Assembly: GCA_965650395.1 (NCBI GenBank)
Contig: CBFGON010000001.1
Span: 1 to 61,939, forward strand
DNA: 61,939 nt
Source: an uncultured Qipengyuania sp.
Lineage (GTDB): Bacteria > Pseudomonadota > Alphaproteobacteria > Sphingomonadales > Sphingomonadaceae
Direction of reading: 5' to 3'
Within the stretch, counting starts at the first letter, position 1, and each line of letters opens with the position of its first letter. Shown piece by piece: positions 1-10,173 of the stretch. Position numbers and translations under genes: made by a program. The notes beneath the pieces are model-generated. The model did not search any database and was not told where the DNA came from. It saw nothing but the letters and a program-made list of their open reading frames with translations.

Positions 1-541
1 CGGCAAGATCGTTCCAGTCGGGCAATGCTAGGGAGGCAGGCAAAGCGCTGGCAAGATAGGCTTCGTGTGGGGCCACACCGATGGCGCGCAGGATCGCTTC
101 CACCAGCCTGCCGGCGTCGCCCGACAGCAGCGCTTCACCATCGCCTTCCATGGGCTGGGGAATCACTATCCAGACTTTCGCCCCGGCAACGCCGCGCGGC
201 GGCAATCTGCGATCCGCACCGACGGGTGCGAGCGATTTTTCGCTCATCCACCATTCGCGAAATGCGGCGAGGTCTCGTGGCCAGCCAGCATTGTCGCCGC
301 CGATGGCTTCGGCAGCCGGGATATTGTCAAACGCGCGTTCGAGCGGAGTCTGCTCCGGTTCTCTCATCACTAGCGAGGGCCGCGGAGCCGTAACGGCTTC
401 TTCCACTTCCGGTTCAGCGAGCCATGACGCCGGTTCTTCGGTATAATCGCTGTCGACACCCGCTTCGCGCCACCATCCGAAGGCTGCTTCGAGCGCGTCT
501 GCGGGGGCGAATTCGCGGGTTTCGGAAGTATCGGTCAGCAT
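1..541 (-). CDS. Uracil-DNA glycosylase family 4-like protein, degenerate (partial; runs off the window start)
   Basis: Not in the ORF track because it is truncated. Manual translation from ATG 541: MLTDTSETREFAPADALEAAFGWWREAGVD...FREWWMSEKSL...RLPPRGVAGAKVWIVIPQPMEGDGEALLSGDAGRLVEAILRAIG...AYLASALP. The 'WW.EAGVD' N-terminus and 'LSGDAGRL...ILRAIG' resemble UDG-4 proteins. Divergent from ETF-QO. Confidence 0.6.
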   Translation of the reverse strand, partial: MLTDTSETREFAPADALEAAFGWWREAGVDSDYTEEPASWLAEPEVEEAVTAPRPSLVMREPEQTPLERAFDNIPAAEAIGGDNAGWPRDLAAFREWWMSEKSLAPVGADRRLPPRGVAGAKVWIVIPQPMEGDGEALLSGDAGRLVEAILRAIGVAPHEAYLASALPASLALPDWNDLA

Positions 542-623
542 TTTGTGTCCTGCGCGGGTCTTGACCTCTATCGGCCCAGCAATCAAGGCACTGGCACAGG
601 ATTGGCGACGAAAAGAGAGAGTC

Positions 624-2270
624 ATGAGCGAACGCGAATCGATGCCTTGCGATGTGGTCATCATCGGCGGTGGTCCGGCCGGGCTTTCGGCTGCGATCAG
701 GCTGAAGCAGATCAATGCCGATCTCGAAGTCGTCGTGCTCGAAAAGGGCAGCGAAATTGGCGCACATATCCTCTCGGGCGCGGTGGTCGATCCCAAGGCG
801 CTCGACGAATTGCTGCCCGAATGGCGCGATTCCGGCTGCCCGATGGCGGAAACGCCGGTGACCGAGAACCTCCATTGGGTGCTCTCGGCCAAGGGCAAGT
901 CGAGCCTTCCCGAAATCCTCCTGCCGCCGTTCATGTCGAACCACGGCAAATACACCGGCAGCCTGGGCAATCTGTGCCGCTGGCTGGCCGAACAGGCCGA
1001 AGCACTGGGCGTAATGGTATTCCCCGGCTTCCCCGCTGCCGAAGTGCTGTTCGATGACAAGGGCGCAGTGACCGGCGTTGTGACGCAGGACATGGGCGTT
1101 GCTGCCGATGGCAGCCACAAGGGCGATTACCAGCCGGGGATGGAAATCCACGCCAAATACACGCTGTTCGCAGAGGGTGCGCGCGGCAATCTGACCAAGC
1201 TGATGAAGGCGAAATACGACCTGGAGGCCGATTGCCAGCCGCAGGTCTATGGCCTCGGTATCAAGGAATTGTGGGACATCGATCCCGACAAGCATCAGCA
1301 GGGCAGGGTGATCCACACGCAGGGTTGGCCGCTGAGCGAAAGCGGTACCTGGGGTGGGGGCTTCCTCTATCATCAGGCCAACGGGCAGGTGGCGATCGGC
1401 TTCGTGACCGCGCTCGATTACAAGAACCCCTGGGTTTCGCCTTATCAGGAATTCCAGCGCTGGAAGCATCACCCCGAGATCGCCGCGATTCTCGAAGGCG
1501 GCAAGCGCGTCGCCTATGGTGCGCGCGTCATCAATGAAGGCGGCTGGCAGAGCGTGCCCAAGCTGGCATTCCCCGGCGGGGCGCTGATCGGCTGTGCGGC
1601 GGGCTTCGTCAATGTGCCGCGCATCAAGGGCACGCATACCGCGATGAAGAGCGGGATGCTGGCCGCCGAAAGCATTGCCGCCGCGATCGCTGCGGGCAGC
1701 GAGCATTCGGAACTGATGGAATACGATGCTGCCGTGCGCTCCAGCTGGATCGCCGACGAGCTCAAGCTGGTGAAGAATGCCCAGCCTGCTGTCGCCAAAT
1801 ATGGCGAAGATCTGGGCACGGTGCTGGCGGGCATCGACATGTGGATGCGCACGCTCAAGATCGGGTTGCCGATCACGATGAAGCATCACCGCGACCACGA
1901 AATGCTCGAGCGGGCTGATCTCTTCGCGCCGATTGCCTATCCCAAGCCCGACGGGAAGCTGAGCTTTGATCGCCTGACCAATGTCAGCTTCAGCTACACC
2001 AACCATGCCGAGGACCAACCCTGCCACCTCAAAGTGGCGGACATGGAACTGCAGAAGATGAGCGAGCTGGGCGTCTTTGGCGGCCCGTCAGCGCGCTATT
2101 GCCCGGCCGGGGTTTACGAGTGGCTTGAAACGGAGAGCGGCGAACCGAAGTTCCAGATCAACAGCCAGAACTGCGTCCACTGCAAGACCTGCGACATCAA
2201 GGACCCCAACCAGAACATCACCTGGACCACGCCCGAGGGTGGTGGCGGCCCGAACTATCCGAATATGTGA
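624..2270 (+). CDS. Electron transfer flavoprotein-ubiquinone oxidoreductase
   Basis: FAD motif DVVIIGGGPAGL, EKGSEIGAHILSGA, C-terminal 4Fe-4S ligands YCPAGVYE and NCVHCKTCDIKDP, ending PEGGGGPNYPNM. ATG 624 follows a purine-rich RBS. Confidence 0.96.
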   Translation: MSERESMPCDVVIIGGGPAGLSAAIRLKQINADLEVVVLEKGSEIGAHILSGAVVDPKALDELLPEWRDSGCPMAETPVTENLHWVLSAKGKSSLPEILLPPFMSNHGKYTGSLGNLCRWLAEQAEALGVMVFPGFPAAEVLFDDKGAVTGVVTQDMGVAADGSHKGDYQPGMEIHAKYTLFAEGARGNLTKLMKAKYDLEADCQPQVYGLGIKELWDIDPDKHQQGRVIHTQGWPLSESGTWGGGFLYHQANGQVAIGFVTALDYKNPWVSPYQEFQRWKHHPEIAAILEGGKRVAYGARVINEGGWQSVPKLAFPGGALIGCAAGFVNVPRIKGTHTAMKSGMLAAESIAAAIAAGSEHSELMEYDAAVRSSWIADELKLVKNAQPAVAKYGEDLGTVLAGIDMWMRTLKIGLPITMKHHRDHEMLERADLFAPIAYPKPDGKLSFDRLTNVSFSYTNHAEDQPCHLKVADMELQKMSELGVFGGPSARYCPAGVYEWLETESGEPKFQINSQNCVHCKTCDIKDPNQNITWTTPEGGGGPNYPNM

Positions 2271-2276
2271 TCCGGC

Positions 2277-3089
2277 TTGCCGGTGAATGTAACCGCCTTT
2301 GCCAAGATTAACCTCGCGCTGCATGTCCGCGCGCGGCGCGAGGACGGCTTTCACGAGCTTGAAACGCTGTTCGCGTTCGTCGATGCAGGCGATCTGCTGA
2401 CGGCTTCCAGCGCAGCTCAGGACAGTGTGCGGACAGTTGGCGAGTTTGCTGGCGGGTTCGACGATCCGTTCGACAATCTGGTAGCGAAAGCACTGGGCAA
2501 GCTGCCGCGCCCGAGTGGGATGGCGATTACGCTGGAGAAGAATTTGCCAGTGGCGGCGGGGCTGGGTGGCGGTTCGGCTGACGCCGGAGCGGTATTCCGC
2601 CTCGTGCGCGAGCGTCATGGCCTGCCGGAGGACTGGCACGCGCGTGCTGCTGCCTTGGGTGCAGATGTTCCCGCCTGCGTCGAGAGCCGCACTTGTATCG
2701 GGCGCGGCACGGGGATCGAGCTTGAGCCTGCTGACGACAGTTTGGCTGGAACGCCGGTCTTGCTCGTCAATCCGCGCGTGCCGCTATCAACCGGGCCGGT
2801 TTTCGCCCATTGGGACGGCAAGGATCGCGGCGCGCTTCCGCAGGGCGACGCGCGCACGATTGCGCTTGAAGGCCGCAATGATCTCGAAGCGCCGGCTATT
2901 GCACTATGCCCTCCGATTGCAGGTGTCCTTGCCGCGCTGAACGGAACCTCGCCTTTCCTCGCCCGTATGTCAGGCTCTGGCGCGACCTGTTTTGCGCTGT
3001 TCGAAACCGAAGCAGCGCGTGACGAAGCTGCGGCTCGCCTTGCCGCCGATCATCCGGGCTGGTGGCAGATGCGAGGCAAGCTCAGATGA
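2277..3089 (+). CDS. ispE: 4-diphosphocytidyl-2-C-methyl-D-erythritol kinase
   Basis: AKINLALHV..RREDGFHELETL, GHMP motif KNLPVAAGLGGGSADA, LGADVP, RMSGSGATCF. Start could be TTG 2277 or GTG 2283. Confidence 0.95.
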   Translation: MPVNVTAFAKINLALHVRARREDGFHELETLFAFVDAGDLLTASSAAQDSVRTVGEFAGGFDDPFDNLVAKALGKLPRPSGMAITLEKNLPVAAGLGGGSADAGAVFRLVRERHGLPEDWHARAAALGADVPACVESRTCIGRGTGIELEPADDSLAGTPVLLVNPRVPLSTGPVFAHWDGKDRGALPQGDARTIALEGRNDLEAPAIALCPPIAGVLAALNGTSPFLARMSGSGATCFALFETEAARDEAAARLAADHPGWWQMRGKLR

Positions 3090-3814
3090 TCCTTGATGGC
3101 CTACCATATCGCCAGGTCTGCGCAGATGACGCGAAACCGGGCGGGTTGATGTGCGTAGCGGACCATGCTTCGAACAAGGTGCCCGCGGGTATCGAGCTCG
3201 GCATCGACGCTGCGCTGCTCGACGATCACATCGCGGTGGATATAGGGGTGGAAGGCATCGCCGACCGTCTGGCCCGTCGACATGGAATACCGGCGCATAT
3301 CGCTACCGTCAGCCGCCTCGTCTGCGATCTCCACCGCAAGGAGGACGAGGCGGCGGTGGTTCCTACCAGCAGCGACGGCCACCTTATCCCCGGGAACATC
3401 GGCGCCGATATCGAACACCGCCTTTCCGAATTTCATCGCCCATACCATGATGCGCTGGGCAGGTTCATCAAACAGCTACGCCCGCGCATGATCGTCGCCC
3501 TGCACAGCTTCACACCGCAGCTGAAGTCGGGCGGAGAGCCGCGCCCGTGGGAAGTCGCCTTGCTCTACAATCGTGACGATAGTGCCGCGCGCCACGCCAT
3601 CCGGCTGTTCGGAGAGCAAGGGCTGACGGTGGGCGACAACCAGCCCTATTCGGGCAAACAGCTCAATGCCACGATGGATCGTCATGCCGAAGCGCGGGGG
3701 ATCCCTTATTGCACCGTAGAGATCCGGCAGGACCAGATCGCCACCGAGGCCGGGCAGGCGCGCTGGGCGACGATGATTGCCGATGTGATGGGGCGGGTAG
3801 CGCTGGAAGTCTAA
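3086..3814 (+). CDS. N-formylglutamate amidohydrolase family protein
   Basis: DHASN, HIAVDIG, SRLVCDLHR, FHRPYH, LHSFTP, VGDNQPYSG, EIRQD motifs. ATGA overlap with the ispE stop. Confidence 0.88.
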   Translation: MILDGLPYRQVCADDAKPGGLMCVADHASNKVPAGIELGIDAALLDDHIAVDIGVEGIADRLARRHGIPAHIATVSRLVCDLHRKEDEAAVVPTSSDGHLIPGNIGADIEHRLSEFHRPYHDALGRFIKQLRPRMIVALHSFTPQLKSGGEPRPWEVALLYNRDDSAARHAIRLFGEQGLTVGDNQPYSGKQLNATMDRHAEARGIPYCTVEIRQDQIATEAGQARWATMIADVMGRVALEV

Positions 3815-3901
3815 AGCCACGCTTGGCCGCCCTCGTGCGGTTCTAGCGTTAGCGATGCCGCGACAGTCTGCTAGGTAAGCTCCTCAGACCGGAGAGTTAC
3901 C

Positions 3902-5749
3902 ATGCCTGCCTATCGTTCCCGCACCACCACCCATGGCCGCAACATGGCCGGCGCGCGCGGATTGTGGCGCGCGACGGGGATGAAGGACGAGGATTTCGGC
4001 AAGCCGATCATTGCCGTGGTCAACAGCTTCACCCAGTTCGTGCCGGGTCATGTCCATCTCAAGGACTTGGGGCAACTGGTCGCGCGCGAAGTCGAAGTCG
4101 CGGGTGGCGTGGCCAAGGAATTCAACACTATCGCCGTCGATGACGGGATCGCCATGGGCCATGACGGGATGCTTTATTCGCTCCCCAGCCGCGACCTGAT
4201 CGCCGACAGCGTCGAATATATGGTCAACGCGCATTGTGCCGATGCGATGGTCTGCATTTCCAATTGCGACAAGATCACCCCCGGGATGCTGATGGCGGCA
4301 ATGCGGCTTAACATTCCCGCCGTGTTCGTGTCCGGCGGCCCGATGGAAGCTGGCAAGGTTGTGGTGAAGGGCAAGGAGGTCGCGCTCGACCTTGTCGATG
4401 CCATGGTTGCCGCAGCAGACGAACATTACACCGATGAGGAGGTGACCGCGATCGAGCAGAACGCCTGCCCGACCTGCGGATCGTGTTCAGGCATGTTCAC
4501 CGCCAATTCGATGAATTGCCTGACCGAGGCGCTGGGCCTGTCGCTGCCGGGCAATGGTTCGACCCTGGCGACCCACGCCGACCGCAAGGGGCTGTTCGAG
4601 CGGGCAGGTCGTCTGGTGGTGACGCTGGCGCGCCGCTATTACGAGGAAGACGATACCAGCGTATTGCCGCGCTCCATCGCCAGCTTCGAGGCGTTCGAGA
4701 ATGCGATGAGCCTCGATATTGCAATGGGCGGCTCGACCAACACCGTGTTGCACCTGCTCGCCGCCGCACATGAAGCGGGGGTCGAGTTCACCATGCAGGA
4801 TATCGACCGGCTGAGCCGCAAAGTGCCGTGCCTGAGCAAGGTCGCGCCCGCCAAGAGCGATGTCCACATGGAAGACGTCCACCGCGCCGGAGGGATCATG
4901 TCGATCCTGGGCGAGCTGGAGAAAGCGGGCCTGCTCCACACTGCGTTGCCCACCGTGCACAGCCCGACTATGGGCGATGCGCTTGACGATTGGGACATCG
5001 GCCGTACCCAGAACAACAAGGTACGCGAATTCTTCTCCGCTGCGCCGGGCGGTGTGCCCACGCAAACCGCCTTCAGCCAGTCCCGCCGCTGGGAGGAACT
5101 CGATCTCGACCGTGAGAACGGCGTTATCCGCAGCGCCGAACACGCTTTCAGCAAGGATGGCGGGTTGGCGGTGCTGTATGGCAATATCGCGCGCGACGGC
5201 TGCATAGTGAAGACGGCGGGGGTCGATGAGAGCATCCTGACCTTCTCCGGCCCGGCCAAGGTCTATGAAAGCCAGGACGATGCCGTCACCGCCATTCTCA
5301 CCGGGCAGGTGGTCGAAGGCGATGTGGTGGTGATCCGCTACGAAGGGCCGCGCGGCGGGCCAGGTATGCAGGAAATGCTCTATCCCACCAGCTATCTCAA
5401 ATCCAAGGGGCTGGGTGCGGCTTGCGCCCTGCTGACCGACGGACGCTTTTCTGGTGGTACCTCTGGTCTTTCCATCGGCCATGTCTCGCCCGAAGCGGCA
5501 GAAGGCGGCGAGATCGGGCTGGTTGAAGCGGGCGACATCATTGCCATCGACATTCCCAACCGCACGATCACGCTCGATGTTTCGGACGAGGAACTGGCGC
5601 AACGTCGCGCTGCGATGGATGCAAAGGGCTGGGCGCCTGTCAAACCGCGCGAACGCAAGGTTTCCGCTGCGCTCGAGGCCTATGCGGCTATGACAACCTC
5701 TGCCGCACGTGGTGCAATCCGGGACGTGTCTCAGATCAAGCGCCGCTGA
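3902..5749 (+). CDS. ilvD: Dihydroxy-acid dehydratase
   Basis: [76 protein letters not shown]. Confidence 0.98.
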   Translation: MPAYRSRTTTHGRNMAGARGLWRATGMKDEDFGKPIIAVVNSFTQFVPGHVHLKDLGQLVAREVEVAGGVAKEFNTIAVDDGIAMGHDGMLYSLPSRDLIADSVEYMVNAHCADAMVCISNCDKITPGMLMAAMRLNIPAVFVSGGPMEAGKVVVKGKEVALDLVDAMVAAADEHYTDEEVTAIEQNACPTCGSCSGMFTANSMNCLTEALGLSLPGNGSTLATHADRKGLFERAGRLVVTLARRYYEEDDTSVLPRSIASFEAFENAMSLDIAMGGSTNTVLHLLAAAHEAGVEFTMQDIDRLSRKVPCLSKVAPAKSDVHMEDVHRAGGIMSILGELEKAGLLHTALPTVHSPTMGDALDDWDIGRTQNNKVREFFSAAPGGVPTQTAFSQSRRWEELDLDRENGVIRSAEHAFSKDGGLAVLYGNIARDGCIVKTAGVDESILTFSGPAKVYESQDDAVTAILTGQVVEGDVVVIRYEGPRGGPGMQEMLYPTSYLKSKGLGAACALLTDGRFSGGTSGLSIGHVSPEAAEGGEIGLVEAGDIIAIDIPNRTITLDVSDEELAQRRAAMDAKGWAPVKPRERKVSAALEAYAAMTTSAARGAIRDVSQIKRR

Positions 5750-5788
5750 AGGCTTGCTCCCGCTGCCCATGCGTGGCAGCGGCAGCCG

Positions 5789-6151
5789 ATGATTTCTTCC
5801 TTGCCCATTCGCATTGCCGCAATTGGTGCCGCTCTATCCGTGGCTTCATGCGGAAAGCCATCGGTGGCGCCCGACATTTCGCAATATGGCGGAGAGCCAG
5901 TTGAATGTGCACTCGACGGTGCAGCTGAGTTTGCAGCCCAATGCCGCATGGTTCAGCGAGCGATGGAAGGCGGGCGACAACTCACAATCATCTATAGTCC
6001 TGATGGCGGTTTCAGGCGATTTGACACGCTGAGCCCGGCCCTTGTCCGCGACGGCGCGCTTGAGGCGCAGACTGTTGTAGAGGGTGAGTATATGGTTCTT
6101 TCCGTCGATCGGGATCGTTATCGCTGGCCGAAAGCCAAATGGGGTGGCTGA
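5789..6151 (+). CDS. Small hypothetical lipoprotein
   Basis: Hydrophobic N-terminus with lipobox-like VASC, a Cys pair (VECALDG...QC) and SPDGGFRRF. Fills the ilvD-nnr gap and overlaps the nnr start. Confidence 0.6.
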   Translation: MISSLPIRIAAIGAALSVASCGKPSVAPDISQYGGEPVECALDGAAEFAAQCRMVQRAMEGGRQLTIIYSPDGGFRRFDTLSPALVRDGALEAQTVVEGEYMVLSVDRDRYRWPKAKWGG

Positions 6152-7520
6152 GCCTGTTCTTACCGTTGCCGAAATGCGCGCGGCGGAGGATGCGGCTTGC
6201 GCAAGCGGAGCGAGCGCATGGGAACTGATGCAACGGGCGGGCGAGGGTGCGGCTCAATGGGTTGCGCGCGCCGCGGCGGGCAGGGCGGTTGCAGTGTTAT
6301 GCGGGCCGGGCAATAATGGCGGTGACGGCTATGTGATTGCCGAAGCCTTGCGGCGGCAAGGCAATGCGGTGAACGTGATAGCGCCGTGCGAACCGGCAAC
6401 CGACACCGCCAGGATGGCACGCAGCCATTATGCAGGCGCGATGGCGCCCAACGAGGGCCGCTTCGGCTCCGTCGTGGTCGATTGCCTGTTCGGCTATGGC
6501 CTCTCTCGAAAAATTGACGGCGCATTTCATAATCTGCTCGAAAAACTCGTGACAGAGGATTGTTTCAAAATCGCAATTGATGTTCCGAGCGCAATTGAAA
6601 GCGACACTGGTGCTGCGCTCGGGCCGCTCCCGCAATACGATCTCACCATTGCATTGGGTGCCTGGAAGCGGGCCCATTGGCTTATGCCTGCCTGCGTTTC
6701 CATGGGCACTCTTCGGCTTGTAGACATCGGGCTCGATATGACAGATGCCAGTGCACATGTTTCGGCGCGCCCACGCATGGCTGCGCCGGCCCCCACATCG
6801 CACAAATACCTTCGAGGGATGCTGGCGATTGCGGCAGGCGACATGCCGGGAGCAACCATGCTCTCTGCCGAGGCAGCTATTCGCGCGGGTGCGGGCTATG
6901 TGAAACTGGTGGGCGGAAAGCCTGCCTTAGCCACCCCAACCGATATTGTCTGTTCAGATCTCAACGCTCTTCTGGACAAGCGGACCGCCGCCATTCTTGT
7001 GGGTCCGGGCTTGGGACGCGACGATGCAGCGCGCGCAAAGCTGGCCGCCGCGCTCGAAAGCCGGAAACCCTGCGTGATGGATGCCGATGCGCTGCACCTC
7101 CTCTATCTCGACATGCTCGAAGGTTGTGACGTCACGAAGCTGGTTGTGACGCCGCATGAAGGCGAGTTGTCGAAACTTTGCCGGACGTTCGGTGTCACGG
7201 CGGACCGCAAGATCGATCAAGCCCAACGCCTGCACGACGTCACTGGACTGACCGTGCTTGCCAAAGGGCCCGATACCATCCTGGTTTCACGGCAAGGATT
7301 GCGCTTCTTCCCGCGCGGTTCGAGCTGGCTGTCAGTGGCAGGGACAGGAGATGTGCTCGCCGGTATTGTGGCGTCGCGGCTTGCAAATCACGGCGACCCG
7401 GCGCGCGCCGCCGAAGAAGGCGTCTGGTTGCATCACGAGGCTGCACGGATCGCCGGGCCGGCCTTCACCGCCGGGCAACTTGCGCAGGCGGTCAAATCGG
7501 CAATGGCGTCATTCCTGTGA
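6144..7520 (+). CDS. nnr: Bifunctional NAD(P)H-hydrate epimerase/dehydratase
   Basis: LTVAEMRAAE, LMQRAGEG, LCGPGNNGGDG, DCLFGYG, IDVPS (YjeF-N domain); GPGLGR, DADAL, TPHEGEL, AGTGDVLAG (NnrD domain). GTG 6144 start inferred. Confidence 0.93.
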   Translation: MAEPVLTVAEMRAAEDAACASGASAWELMQRAGEGAAQWVARAAAGRAVAVLCGPGNNGGDGYVIAEALRRQGNAVNVIAPCEPATDTARMARSHYAGAMAPNEGRFGSVVVDCLFGYGLSRKIDGAFHNLLEKLVTEDCFKIAIDVPSAIESDTGAALGPLPQYDLTIALGAWKRAHWLMPACVSMGTLRLVDIGLDMTDASAHVSARPRMAAPAPTSHKYLRGMLAIAAGDMPGATMLSAEAAIRAGAGYVKLVGGKPALATPTDIVCSDLNALLDKRTAAILVGPGLGRDDAARAKLAAALESRKPCVMDADALHLLYLDMLEGCDVTKLVVTPHEGELSKLCRTFGVTADRKIDQAQRLHDVTGLTVLAKGPDTILVSRQGLRFFPRGSSWLSVAGTGDVLAGIVASRLANHGDPARAAEEGVWLHHEAARIAGPAFTAGQLAQAVKSAMASFL

Positions 7521-8713
7521 GTGCTTACGAAACAATCCTGCGCATCGCCGCCAAGGGTGATGGCGTCACTGCATCGGGGCGACATTTTCCGGGCGGCGTC
7601 ACCGGTGACGTCATCGCGGAAAATGGCACGCTGACGCCAGGTCCGCACCATGTCGCGCCGCCCTGCCGACATTTCGGCACTTGTGGCGGATGTCAGCTTC
7701 AGCAAGCGGATGAAGAAACACTGCGCCAGTTTGTTACCGACCGCGTGGTGCACGCGGCAGAAGGACAGGGGCTGACCATCGGAGAGTTGCTCCCGACGCA
7801 TCTTTCACCTCCTCACAGCCGCCGCCGAGCAACGTTCCATGCCATGCGCGCCGGCAAGGGCGCCGTGATCGGTTTTCGCGAGGCGCGCGGACATCGCATA
7901 GTCGATTTGCGCGAATGCTATATTCTTGCGCCCGAACTGCTTGCACTGGTCGAACCTTTGCGAAAATTGATTGCGCGGTTCGCAGGCAAGGCTCCGATAG
8001 ATATTGCTGTGACTGTGGCAGATCAGGGCGTGGAATGCGCTCTCAAGGGATTTGTGGCTGAAGGGCTGGCTGCCACAGAGGCGCTGGCCGATTTTGCGCG
8101 AGTTAACGGGCTGTCCCGGCTTTCGCTCGATCAGGGATACGGGCCGGAGACCGTGTGGGAGCCCGAACCGGTCACCGTCACACTCGGTTCGGTTCCGGTA
8201 TCCTTGCCAGTGGGCGCGTTCCTGCAGCCAACTTTGGATGGCGAAGCGCGGCTTATCGACGATGCGCGTGTCTATCTCGCTGGGGCGGCGACGATTGCGG
8301 ATCTGTTCGCTGGCCTTGGCACTTTCGCATTCGCGCTTGCCGGACCGAGCAAGCTGCTCGCGGTCGAAGCGGCGCGCGATGCGCATCTGGCATGCAAACT
8401 TGCGGCCAATACGCGCGCCGTTCCGGTGCATGCGCTCCACCGCGATCTGTTCCGCAATCCGTTGCAACCGGCGGAAGTGGGCAGGTTCGGCGCAATCCTG
8501 CTTGATCCGCCACGCGCAGGCGCACGCGAACAGATCGCACAGATTGCGGCGTCTGATGCCACGCGCGTCGCATACATAAGCTGCAATCCCTCAAGCTGGG
8601 CAAGGGATGCCAAGGTTTTGGTCGATGCGGGGTTTCGACTCGAGAAATTGCGCCCTGTGGGCCAGTTCCGCTGGTCGACACATGTCGAGCTGACGAGTTA
8701 CTTCACCCGCTGA
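7517..8713 (+). CDS. Class I SAM-dependent RNA (uracil-5-)methyltransferase, RlmD/TrmA family
   Basis: Fe-S motif CRHFGTCGGCQLQ, AFLQ, DLFAGLGTF, LDPPRAGA, YISCNP, QFRWSTHVE. GTG 7517 overlaps the nnr stop. Confidence 0.9.
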   Translation: MSAYETILRIAAKGDGVTASGRHFPGGVTGDVIAENGTLTPGPHHVAPPCRHFGTCGGCQLQQADEETLRQFVTDRVVHAAEGQGLTIGELLPTHLSPPHSRRRATFHAMRAGKGAVIGFREARGHRIVDLRECYILAPELLALVEPLRKLIARFAGKAPIDIAVTVADQGVECALKGFVAEGLAATEALADFARVNGLSRLSLDQGYGPETVWEPEPVTVTLGSVPVSLPVGAFLQPTLDGEARLIDDARVYLAGAATIADLFAGLGTFAFALAGPSKLLAVEAARDAHLACKLAANTRAVPVHALHRDLFRNPLQPAEVGRFGAILLDPPRAGAREQIAQIAASDATRVAYISCNPSSWARDAKVLVDAGFRLEKLRPVGQFRWSTHVELTSYFTR

Positions 8714-9486
8714 TTGCGTAACGCCGCGAGCAAGCGGCTAAGCAGCCATGCGTGAGCGTCAGGGGTGGAATAGGCGTGATCGGCTCCTTCGCACCGAGCG
8801 ATACGCGCGTCCGATTGGTCCCAACGCTCGATGAAGATCTGCGCCGTGCGGTCGCGCGCGGCGAGCACTATCGCGACCGGTCCGTCGAAAGCGGCAAGAC
8901 CGGTCTTCATTTCCTCTGCAAGGGTGGAAGGCCTGGCAGAAGGGCGGATAGCCTGGATTACGCCTCTGGCCAGCTTGGCGAGGTTTACACCGCCTGTCAG
9001 AAGTCTGCGTAACTCTTTTGGATTACCGAGTTTTTCGCTATAGCGCGATCGCACTTCGGCCGAGGAGTGCGCCATGTCCTCGCCTTCATCAACAGTCCAA
9101 GGATTGCTCAGCACGAGCGCGTCACAACCCGCACCTTCGGTGAGCATCAGCGCCGAGGCGGCATCGCAATTGCCGAAGGCCACTACCCGCTCCACATGCG
9201 GTGCGAGCGCGCGAAATGCGAACACGGCGGCCTCGATGTCTCGTCGTGATTTTCGGAATCCCCGGTTCTCGCCTTCGCTATCCCCGACACCGCGCCGGTC
9301 GAAGCGAAAAACCGGAAAGCCTGCCGCGGCGATCTCGCGCGCGATCTTTGCCTGACCGTTAAAGGCTCCGGCGCGTATTTCGCTGCCGCCGCTGACGATC
9401 AATAGCCCCGCCGTTCCCGGAGCGTTGTCCAATGTGGCCGCAAGCCGCGCCTCCTGGCATTCGAAGGCGAGGTGAAGGCGCGTCAT
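8698..9486 (-). CDS. Alpha/beta hydrolase 1, exosortase A system-associated type
   Basis: VSGGSEIRAG, FRFDRRGVGDSEG, nucleophile-elbow FGNCDAAS, LSNPW, GADH; lies in the XrtA locus. Confidence 0.85.
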   Translation of the reverse strand: MTRLHLAFECQEARLAATLDNAPGTAGLLIVSGGSEIRAGAFNGQAKIAREIAAAGFPVFRFDRRGVGDSEGENRGFRKSRRDIEAAVFAFRALAPHVERVVAFGNCDAASALMLTEGAGCDALVLSNPWTVDEGEDMAHSSAEVRSRYSEKLGNPKELRRLLTGGVNLAKLARGVIQAIRPSARPSTLAEEMKTGLAAFDGPVAIVLAARDRTAQIFIERWDQSDARIARCEGADHAYSTPDAHAWLLSRLLAALRNQRVK

Positions 9487-10163
9487 TGGGCCATGATCCC
9501 TGCAGCAAGAACGCGCGCAATTTTTGTCGCCTGATCCAGATCGCTGTCGGGCTCTGCCCGAAGCCAGAGCGGCGCACCGCCGATTTCCTCATGCTCGATG
9601 ACTGTATGGTTCGCATCGACGGCAATGGAGGTGTGGTGCAGCTCGCCGATCAATGTCGGACCCAGATGCCAGCCCCCAAGATCGAGACCCGCTTGCCGAC
9701 CTTCCGCCAGAAGATCCTCACTGTTCTCGTCGATACCCGCTTCGCGGGCGGCTATAACCCGGGCGCGCAGCATAGTTCGCAGCGCTTGCCCCGGGGAGTT
9801 GGGGGCATAAACCCAAGTGGGCGTTACCGCCGGTGCCAGCGCTACTGAGGAACGCAATGCAAATACGTGGCTGACGCTGAAATATTGAGCCGCTGCCGAA
9901 ACAGCCTTGCGCCAATTGGCAAAGGTCTGCTGTTCGAGCGGTTGTGCACTTTCATTGCAGCCCGGCAAATCAGGCATGAAGCAGTCGATGCCCGCAAGGC
10001 TTAATTGCCGCATTATTTCAGAAAGTTGGTGGCGAAAGGTATTCGCTTCGTTAAACAATGGCGCAATCACCAGCAGGCGATGAGCACGGTTCCAGTCAAA
10101 GGCCAGCGCCATTTCCTCACCCGTTCCGCCATCGGGAAGCGGGGAAGGCCAGTTCACATACAT
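9483..10163 (-). CDS. Alpha/beta hydrolase 2, exosortase A system-associated type
   Basis: APLFNEAN, PDLPGCNES, ALRSS, LRARV, LGGWHL; overlaps hydrolase 1. ATG 10163. Confidence 0.75.
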   Translation of the reverse strand: MYVNWPSPLPDGGTGEEMALAFDWNRAHRLLVIAPLFNEANTFRHQLSEIMRQLSLAGIDCFMPDLPGCNESAQPLEQQTFANWRKAVSAAAQYFSVSHVFALRSSVALAPAVTPTWVYAPNSPGQALRTMLRARVIAAREAGIDENSEDLLAEGRQAGLDLGGWHLGPTLIGELHHTSIAVDANHTVIEHEEIGGAPLWLRAEPDSDLDQATKIARVLAAGIMAQ

Positions 10164-10173
10164 TTTGAATGAC

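Noticed and set aside
25-446. Three overlapping plus-strand ORFs at the window start
   Set aside because: They lie opposite a better-supported minus-strand gene (1-541) that the ORF track omits because it is truncated.
414-2027. 537-aa minus-strand ORF
   Set aside because: Antisense shadow of ETF-QO. Long stop-free antisense frames are expected in high-GC coding DNA, and it has no recognisable motifs.
4487-5770. 427-aa minus-strand ORF
   Set aside because: Antisense shadow of ilvD.
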